From a virus (lineage: Duplodnaviria > Caudoviricetes), in IMG/VR virus record IMGVR_UViG_3300028591_000070, positions 96,001 to 160,000 of that record: 64,000 nt of DNA; one strand, written 5' to 3'. The translations under genes were made by a program, and so were the position numbers. Shown one piece after another: positions 57,453-64,000 of this stretch. Within the stretch, counting starts at the first letter, position 1. The number at the start of each line of letters is the position of its first letter. Below the pieces are notes generated by a model that made no database searches, was not told the DNA's origin, and was given only the letters and a program-made list of their open reading frames with translations.

Positions 57453-57497
57453 GTGTGAGCTTTTCAGCATTTCACCCTGATTATTATTCTCTATATT

Positions 57498-57529
57498 TAG
57501 ACTATACCAAAGCTAAAGAAAAAGTTCAA
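57498..57529 (-). promoter_or_regulatory. early promoter of the tRNA/ncRNA operon
   Basis: TTGAAC-17nt-TATAGT-CTA, with no protein gene downstream. Confidence 0.85.
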
Positions 57530-57753
57530 AAATATCCATACTTTTTCTCAATAATTGCGTCTTTAATAAGTAAAATTATTGCAATGACATCAATTATTAA
57601 AATAAATGGAAGTGTGAGAAATACCCACAATGCAGATAAGTCACTATCTACATAATTAGTCCAGAAATAAACATCTAAGATTAAAATTGCTCCTATAAGA
57701 CCAACACAACAAAGAGCACCAAGCACTTCAAAAAGAATACTCATATTTCCCAA
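57526..57753 (-). CDS. small membrane protein
   Basis: Two TM segments. Confidence 0.65.
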   Translation of the reverse strand: MGNMSILFEVLGALCCVGLIGAILILDVYFWTNYVDSDLSALWVFLTLPFILIIDVIAIILLIKDAIIEKKYGYF

Positions 57754-57755
57754 CC

Positions 57756-58199
57756 TTATTTTTTAATATAGTCTTTTGCACCTTCAATTAAACTTTTTAC
57801 ATTTTTGAAATCAGAAGTACTAATGAAGTTTAATAATTCTTCTGCGCCTGAAACAAAACTATCTTTACTACCAGATTTTTCTGCCTTACCTTGGAATGTG
57901 ATAAAATCATCTTTCGCACGTGCACTCCAAAGTTTAGAAATATCACTTATGCTTACATAATCAATTACTTCATGCAATAAGCTTAATTTATCCAAGTGTT
58001 CCTTAAAAAGGATAACATCAATATTACCATATTCTGTTGTAAACCAATGATTTTTATCGTTTATGTCCCAAGAATAATCTGAATAGCAACACCCATCTAT
58101 ATTTGATGCATCATGTGCGGCTTCATTCATATTCTCAGCTACAAGATAATATTTTTTATCATTTACTGTCGCAATATAAACATTATATAAAGATTCCAT
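57756..58199 (-). CDS. hypothetical protein
   Basis: Probable start ATG 58199 behind GGAG. Confidence 0.7.
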   Translation of the reverse strand: MESLYNVYIATVNDKKYYLVAENMNEAAHDASNIDGCCYSDYSWDINDKNHWFTTEYGNIDVILFKEHLDKLSLLHEVIDYVSISDISKLWSARAKDDFITFQGKAEKSGSKDSFVSGAEELLNFISTSDFKNVKSLIEGAKDYIKK

Positions 58200-58255
58200 A
58201 TAGTATTCTCCATAAAATAAGGTATTCAAGTAGAGTCACCTGAATACCTCAAAAA

Positions 58256-59032
58256 TTAAATTGAAAAATATTTAAATCCGATTACAGCATCTTTGCCACA
58301 TTCGTCTTCAAGAACTTTCTTTACAGATCTTTTATCATCTTTTACGAAAGGCTGCTCTAAGAAACAAACTTCAGCTAGATGCTTATTAAGTTTACCAGTA
58401 AGAATACCTTCTTTTACCTTATCAGGTTTTCCGGCCATCTTAGGATCTTTATCCATCTGAGCCTTGAAAATTTCCATCTTTTCATCAAGGTAGTCCTGAG
58501 GTACACTTTCTTTGTTGATAAAAGGTGGCTCAAAAGCTACAAGATGCAAACAGCAGTCATGAGCAAATGTTTTTGCCTTCTCTCTGTCTTTAACATTAGA
58601 AAGAATTACTACAGCACCAGACTTATTATCAGAATGTACATATGTACCAACTACATCTTCAGGACCATAGTCAAATGATTTTTCTGTGTCGATAATAATA
58701 TTTTCGCGCATAGAAACTTTAAGTTTATCTACAGCTTCTGTGAGATTTTCAGCTTCACCTAATGCTGCAAAGTCTTTGTTATTTGCAACAAAGTCTGTCT
58801 CACATTTTATAACAGCAACATTTACAGCATCTTTACCATTATCTTTGATAAAGACTCGACCTTCAGCAGTAGCTCTACCACTTCTAGCATCAGAAGCAGC
58901 AAGTCCTTTCTTCTGAAGAACTTTTATTGCTTCATCAAAATCACCATTAGCTTCATCTAATGCCTTCTTACAATCTGCAAGACCTGCCATAGTAGCAGCT
59001 CTTAATTTTTTAACCAATTCAACATTTGCCAT
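58256..59032 (-). CDS. tsf: translation elongation factor Ts
   Basis: VKKLRAATMAGLADCKKAL UBA-like N-terminus, RATAEG, CETDFVA signature, YVH, GKPDKVKEGILTGKL, LEQPFVKDD. Confidence 0.95.
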   Translation of the reverse strand: MANVELVKKLRAATMAGLADCKKALDEANGDFDEAIKVLQKKGLAASDARSGRATAEGRVFIKDNGKDAVNVAVIKCETDFVANNKDFAALGEAENLTEAVDKLKVSMRENIIIDTEKSFDYGPEDVVGTYVHSDNKSGAVVILSNVKDREKAKTFAHDCCLHLVAFEPPFINKESVPQDYLDEKMEIFKAQMDKDPKMAGKPDKVKEGILTGKLNKHLAEVCFLEQPFVKDDKRSVKKVLEDECGKDAVIGFKYFSI

Positions 59033-60265
59033 TTATTTTTCCTCATCTGATGCTTTAAAGTTATAAATAGGTTTTATAATAGATATAACATCAGCATTTT
59101 CTTTAATATTATCCAAAATCTCATCAGCAGATTTATAAGCCATTGGAGATTCATCAATTGTAGAAGTACTTACACAAGTAGTATAAATATCCTTCATTGC
59201 CGCCTTAAAATCTTCCATCTTCAAGCATTCTTTTGCTTTAGAACGAGACATTAAACGACCAGCTCCATGTGGGCCAGAGAAGTTCCAGTCTGGGTTTCCC
59301 TTACCTTTTACAATCAAAGAACCATATTCCATGTTGATTGGAATAATAGCTTCTTCACCTTCCTGAAGAGAAATTGCGCCTTTACGCAAAATGCCATTTT
59401 CAAGGTCGATATAATTGTGGATAGTACAAAACTTACCAAGAATATGTCTTTTTTTAATTCCCATTTCTTCAATGAGAACATCAAGCATTGCTTCACGATT
59501 TAAGCGAGCAAACTCCTGGCAGATTTTCATATCATGCAAATATCCATCCAAATCTTCGCCTTCAAGATATGACAACTCTCTAGAAATTATAACTGGTGGA
59601 AGCTTAGCAATTTCTTCCTGAATGTCTTTTTCACGACCTTCTTTTTTAAGTCTGTTAATAAGTTCATTCTTAGCAGAAGAATTATTTTTATGATAAGCGA
59701 TTGCTTTATTTTCCCAGTATTTAGCAACTACAATTCCAAGGTGACGAGAACCAGAGTGGATTACAATATAATAATCACCATTCTCATCTTTATCGATTTC
59801 AACAAAGTGGTTTCCACCACCTAATGAACCCATAGCATAAAGTTCTTTATCATAGTCGGCATCCGCAATAAGCTGTTTAATGTCAATATTTTTTGTAAAC
59901 TTATGGTAAGTTGAACGATGGCCCGCTCCTGATGGAACTTTAGTATGCATGATCTTATCAAACTTATCCAAACCTGGCTTATTAAATAACTGCTTTCCAG
60001 CTTCTGCAGAAATTTTCAAAACAAGCATTCCACAGCCAATATCAACTCCAACCATATTTGGATTGACGCGAGGATTCTCTTTATTGATCTTCTGGGTAAA
60101 TCCAATTGTGACACCTTTTCCACTGTGTACATCTGGCATAATAGCCACATGGCATCCCTCTGTAACAGGATTATTTGCAAAAGTATATAATTGAGATAAT
60201 GCCTCATCCTCAACTGTTGAGGCATATACATTCATTTCGCAAAACTTACCTTTAATAGTAAACAT
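59033..60265 (-). CDS. rtcB: RNA 3'-phosphate/5'-OH ligase RtcB
   Basis: MPDVHSGKG, VGVDIGCG, GSLGGGNHF, IHSGSR, HNY, RKGA, HGAGR, DESPMAYK. Confidence 0.95.
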   Translation of the reverse strand: MFTIKGKFCEMNVYASTVEDEALSQLYTFANNPVTEGCHVAIMPDVHSGKGVTIGFTQKINKENPRVNPNMVGVDIGCGMLVLKISAEAGKQLFNKPGLDKFDKIMHTKVPSGAGHRSTYHKFTKNIDIKQLIADADYDKELYAMGSLGGGNHFVEIDKDENGDYYIVIHSGSRHLGIVVAKYWENKAIAYHKNNSSAKNELINRLKKEGREKDIQEEIAKLPPVIISRELSYLEGEDLDGYLHDMKICQEFARLNREAMLDVLIEEMGIKKRHILGKFCTIHNYIDLENGILRKGAISLQEGEEAIIPINMEYGSLIVKGKGNPDWNFSGPHGAGRLMSRSKAKECLKMEDFKAAMKDIYTTCVSTSTIDESPMAYKSADEILDNIKENADVISIIKPIYNFKASDEEK

Positions 60266-60268
60266 AAC

Positions 60269-61135
60269 CTACCTCTCTAACCATCGCTTACATAAAAAAC
60301 CTGGGACAAAACCTTCTGGGCATTCATAGCAAAACTTATTTTCTTTGCCATTATTAAACCAGTGTTTTCCTTTGCCTGCTTCAGAAATTTTCTTTTTTCG
60401 TTTTTCCTCAGTTTCTTTATTTATTTTTTTAGTAATTCCTTTCCAATAACCTTCTGGGCAACATTCAGATACTATATTATCTTTTCCATTTGTCCAGAAA
60501 GTTTTTCCAAACATTCCATTATCTTTTCCAAATTTTTGTGAAGATGGACAAGACTGACCTTTATTCCAAACTTTAATTTCACCAGACTCATATTTTGTTT
60601 TTAAAGTTGTTGAAATTTTTTCTTTCGTGGATTCATTTAATGAATGACCTTCATTATGAGTTTTAATCTCTTTTGAAGCATATTTTCTTTTAAGAGTATT
60701 AGAAATTTTATCCTTGTGATCTTTAGAAGGACTTTTATGTAAAGTTCCATTTTTTATTTTAGTTTCTTTAGCTTTGCTTCTTGACTCAGGAGTCCAATTA
60801 TTTATGCCTTTTCTAAGATTAGAATGCATAATTTTTAATTGCTCATATTCTCTACTAGAGATTTTATAATCTGAATTAGGTCGAACAGTAAAAGCTACTA
60901 AAGCATATGACATTTCTTTTGATGGATATATTTTACTTAAAAGTTGATGACAGAAAAAATGCTCTCTTGCTGTCAAAAGAACTATATTTGTTCTTCTCTT
61001 TTTCCATAAAGGAAATAATGACTTTGGTAAAATATGATGCCTTTCATAATATCCATTCTTTTTAGATCTTAAACCTTGTGTTTCCTCCAATCTCGCATTA
61101 GAAATAATTTTAATATAAACTTTTCTATAATTCAT
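60269..61135 (-). mobile_element. free-standing HNH homing endonuclease with NUMOD-type repeats
   Basis: ERHHILPKS...NIVLLTAREHFFCHQLL; HKDKISNTLK, NGMFGK, WTNG, WFNNG repeats. Confidence 0.9.
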
Positions 61136-61138
61136 ATT

Positions 61139-61297
61139 TTAATTAGTTAAACTAGTATGTGTATCTGGCATAATTGCAATATTACAACCTTCTACAACAG
61201 GAGAGTTCATAAATCCGTAAATTTGAGACATACATTCATCTTCAACTGTAGTAGCATAAACTTTTGCAGTTCCATATTTTCTTGTTATTTCAAACAT
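61139..61297 (-). pseudogene. rtcB: displaced rtcB 5' fragment (52 aa)
   Basis: MFEITRKYGTAKVYATTVEDECMSQIYGFMNSPVVEGCNIAIMPDTH aligns with the first 47 aa of 59033..60265; SD AAGGAG. Confidence 0.9.
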
Positions 61298-61301
61298 AAT
61301 T

Positions 61302-61502
61302 TTACTCCTTCTTATGTATTTCGAAATACATAATTGTATGACCAGGGTCAAACTCATTGTCAACTTTAACAAGAGCCAAAGTCTTACCTTTTTCAGGTAT
61401 ATTTTCAGCTGCAAGTTTTGTTAATTTTTCTTCTGAAACTTCGACATATATTCTGTCATTTTCATCTCCGATAGGATTATCACAAACAAAATAATGCAAC
61501 AT
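61302..61502 (-). CDS. hypothetical protein
   Basis: SD AAGGAG. Confidence 0.7.
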   Translation of the reverse strand: MLHYFVCDNPIGDENDRIYVEVSEEKLTKLAAENIPEKGKTLALVKVDNEFDPGHTIMYFEIHKKE

Positions 61503-61503
61503 A

Positions 61504-61770
61504 TTATTCTCCTTTGTCCTCTATACCTATAGAGAAAAATGTTGTTAGGATAAATCCAATTATATAAAAAAGATATGCAATAATTACAGCCGGCCAAAGA
61601 AAAAAGCAAAAACATAAATGTTCATGCCAAGAAGATGCTTCTATTTTAGGATTTTTTGCTTTTGCTCTTTTATCAATCCATTTTTGGATGGGCCATGAGA
61701 TACGAGCAAAAACTCCACCAATAAAAGCATATCCAAACATTATAGCAAATATAATAACAATTGCTAACAT
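61504..61770 (-). CDS. membrane protein
   Basis: Two TM segments. Confidence 0.7.
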   Translation of the reverse strand: MLAIVIIFAIMFGYAFIGGVFARISWPIQKWIDKRAKAKNPKIEASSWHEHLCFCFFLWPAVIIAYLFYIIGFILTTFFSIGIEDKGE

Positions 61771-61773
61771 TTT

Positions 61774-62142
61774 TTATAAATCCTCTCTGTTCCAATCAAA
61801 GTTTATTACCCAAGAGGTGGCCGGAAGTCCTTTAAATATTCCTTCTATATTCTTTTCCTCTTTTTTAAGAGTGTCATAACCATACATGAAATATTCATAT
61901 AGGGTCATAAAGTGTTTATACCAGATAAATGTCTGAACATCTGGTCGATATTTTTCGTCAATGGCATCTTTTTGAATTTGTTTATAAACTCTATGCAGTC
62001 GCTGCTTATCAAAATATCTAAAATAGGCAGGTCTAACTCGATACATAAAAGCTAAATCTTTACGTCTAACCTGTCCATAAATAAGAGATAAAGCACGGCC
62101 AATAAGACGTCTCTGTTGCTTTTTATAAATTCGCTTATTCAT
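61774..62142 (-). CDS. basic hypothetical protein, probably leaderless
   Basis: ATG 62142 lies 6 nt after the -10 box of ATGAAT-17nt-TATATT-CTA (62146-62177). Confidence 0.7.
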   Translation of the reverse strand: MNKRIYKKQQRRLIGRALSLIYGQVRRKDLAFMYRVRPAYFRYFDKQRLHRVYKQIQKDAIDEKYRPDVQTFIWYKHFMTLYEYFMYGYDTLKKEEKNIEGIFKGLPATSWVINFDWNREDL

Positions 62143-62293
62143 AAATAGAATATACAATTTTTAGAAAAAAGATTCATAAAAAAGTATAGTCTATATATGA
62201 TAGGAATGATTTTATATTTTATTGCAGTGGGCTATTTTGTAGCCAAACTTTCAGAAAGACTTTAAAGTTAATATTAACTCATAGGAGACACAA

Positions 62294-63103
62294 ATGAACG
62301 AAGCTTTATTGGCACGAAATTTATGGTTGGAGTATATATTTTTAGGACTTCCTGCAACTATACTCATTGTTAAAATGATTTTGGAACATGTATTTTCAAA
62401 AATAGTTAGAAAACAAAGTGATGCAAAGTTTAAACTTAAAAATGCTTTAGAACAAAAGTATAGTTGTTTTAATTTTTATCATTTCCATAACGCCGATGTT
62501 TTTCTCATGAGAGATGAGCATGGTAAACTTATTTTTGATGATGAGAAAAATGAAATTAAAAAATTATCTCCAGAAGAAGTAAATAAAAAATACCCAGAAC
62601 TTGAAAATGATTATCAAAAATTACAAAAACTTGAAAATGCAAACCCAAGACTTAAAAAAATATCCCACTTTTTAAGTGGATTATCTGTGTGTGATGTTGG
62701 CTGGTGGCTTGGATATTGTATTACAAGTTGGTTTTTATTATTTGCATGTTTAATAACTATGAGTTGTTCATCCACAGAATTTGACTCAGAAAAAGCATTT
62801 TATAACAATGGAAAATATACAGCTATTACTCAGTTTGAAGATTATGAGTCACTTCCTGACTGGGATAAAAATGCTAAAGTTTATATTCATAAAGCTGAAT
62901 TAGTAAATGAGTCTTATTTTAAGGAAGATGGTTCATTTAAGCCTGGAGTTTTAGGTTATATCATTCCAGATGAAAATGGAAATTACCCTATTTTAGATGA
63001 TAATGGCAAACCCACTGGAAAATATTTAGAGTCAATTAATACTAATCAGATGTATAAAAGTTTTTTAAAGCTTTGCCAAAGTGAAGAAGAGGTATTAAAA
63101 TGA
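62294..63103 (+). CDS. membrane protein
   Basis: SD AGGAG; two hydrophobic segments. Confidence 0.75.
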   Translation: MNEALLARNLWLEYIFLGLPATILIVKMILEHVFSKIVRKQSDAKFKLKNALEQKYSCFNFYHFHNADVFLMRDEHGKLIFDDEKNEIKKLSPEEVNKKYPELENDYQKLQKLENANPRLKKISHFLSGLSVCDVGWWLGYCITSWFLLFACLITMSCSSTEFDSEKAFYNNGKYTAITQFEDYESLPDWDKNAKVYIHKAELVNESYFKEDGSFKPGVLGYIIPDENGNYPILDDNGKPTGKYLESINTNQMYKSFLKLCQSEEEVLK

Positions 63104-63315
63104 TTTTATTTAAGTGTGATATTTGTGGAGTAGACTGCAAAGAAAAAGTAATCTCCTGTCAACTTGTCTTTGGCGCAAAAAATATTTCTACAAATGAAGT
63201 TAAAGCAACTGCAACAATGCATGCAGTAGATTTGTGTGAGTCATGTTTTAACAAAGTATGGAAGGTCATGGGTTATACTGATGGTGATATGACCTCTATA
63301 AAGGATGTTTTATGA
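63100..63315 (+). CDS. small zinc-finger protein
   Basis: CDICG...DLCESC. Confidence 0.7.
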   Translation: MILFKCDICGVDCKEKVISCQLVFGAKNISTNEVKATATMHAVDLCESCFNKVWKVMGYTDGDMTSIKDVL

Positions 63316-64000
63316 AATATTATGTATTAAATGGCGCTAAGAAATATGATAATGTTCAAAATGAAGATAAAGGTTGGTATAGAAACTGGGCTGTAGTTCT
63401 CGAGCTTACTGATGGTCAGAAATATGTAGGTTATCATTCTGAAACTTATTATTGGGAAGGTTCAGGCTGGGAAGATAATCACTATGGACCTAGATATTGG
63501 TCTAAATTGCCTGAAGATTTTTATGAAAAATATCATCAAGTTGGTGGTGAAGAGTGTTCAGAAGCTTGTGAAGCTTTATGGTATAAATTTAAGGAAGAGG
63601 ATAATAAGGAAAAAACAGAAATGGAAAAAGCAACAAACTCTAAAATGGAATTTCTAAAAAGTTTAGAAACAGAAAATGCACATTCATCTGTTACTAAAGA
63701 AATTATTAATGACATGAAAAAGAAATATGAAAATATGTCAACTACAAGTATTAAAGAAGTAATGAGTTGGCTTCTTGAAGATAAAGATGTAGTTTATCGT
63801 CCTGTTCATCCTGGCATTCCTGATAGTGAAGCAGGAGAGTGGCTAAAAGTTGATCCTAAAAATCCAATTTTAGCTGAAGATTATGAATATCAACTCGCAG
63901 AAAAAACAAAAAGTATGTGGACTTTTAGAGTTCCAGATTGGCATTTTGAAGCATCATCTAGAGAAGACGCTTTACAAATAGCATATAAATATATAATGGA
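63312..64000 (+). CDS. hypothetical protein, 3'-partial
   Basis: ATGA overlap; frame MKYYVLNGAKKY... open to window end. Confidence 0.75.
   Translation, partial: MKYYVLNGAKKYDNVQNEDKGWYRNWAVVLELTDGQKYVGYHSETYYWEGSGWEDNHYGPRYWSKLPEDFYEKYHQVGGEECSEACEALWYKFKEEDNKEKTEMEKATNSKMEFLKSLETENAHSSVTKEIINDMKKKYENMSTTSIKEVMSWLLEDKDVVYRPVHPGIPDSEAGEWLKVDPKNPILAEDYEYQLAEKTKSMWTFRVPDWHFEASSREDALQIAYKYIM

Noticed and set aside
57455-57655. + strand 66-aa ORF and other short antisense or nested ORFs in the track (e.g. 385..567, 9303..9503, 51390..51839, 58379..58678)
   Set aside because: Shadow ORFs overlapping well-supported genes or promoters, without RBS or recognisable motifs
60269-61138. Group I intron in rtcB carrying the HNH
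   Set aside because: Only 3 nt flank the HNH ORF on each side, and the downstream rtcB is complete with its own start
61139-61414. 91-aa ORF as given in the track
   Set aside because: The upstream part overlaps 61302..61502; the real start is ATG 61297 behind AAGGAG, matching the RtcB N-terminus
1-64000. Stop-codon reassignment, as in some large gut phages
   Set aside because: ORFs of 7 and 13 kb are open in code 11, coding density is high, and TAG/TGA end genes at sensible boundaries

Overview
A 64-kb, AT-rich segment of a large (probably jumbo) T4-like myophage genome. It reads in the standard genetic code: ORFs of 7 and 13 kb stay open, and TAG/TGA are used as stops. EF-Ts similarity, recalled rather than searched, hints at a spirochaete (Treponema-like) host. 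The window alternates between two kinds of block. The first is clusters of short early or accessory genes driven by a conserved sigma70-type promoter (TTGAAY-N17-TATAnTCTA). These clusters contain an SPFH lipoprotein, a SAM methyltransferase, two AAA ATPases, a HAD nucleotidase and a truncated NAD-dependent ligase. The second is late virion genes: three tail-tube-fold paralogs, a gp53/LysM-like wedge protein, giant 2362, 1511 and 4431 aa proteins, and acidic scaffold-like proteins. Many of these sit behind an ACTAATTW motif placed exactly 4 nt before an SD-less ATG. Most striking observations: (1) A ~900-nt promoter-to-terminator non-coding operon (56590-57530, minus strand) holds one real tRNA-Leu(UAA), two tRNA mimics with intact acceptor/D/T arms but replaced anticodon arms, and further structured RNAs; phage-encoded EF-Ts and RtcB lie next to it. 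(2) A P-loop ATPase gene breaks at its Walker A lysine into a 16-aa intein N-fragment, a candidate atypically split intein whose partner is not in the window. (3) An HNH homing endonuclease has inserted into rtcB at the MPDxH motif and is followed by a second, divergent rtcB 5' end that restores the gene. (4) A ~130-bp palindrome-plus-hairpin element occurs twice in inverted orientation, 27 kb apart. (5) An early gene carries a gp23 capsid-like fragment. All family assignments come from visual motif recognition; no database searches were run.
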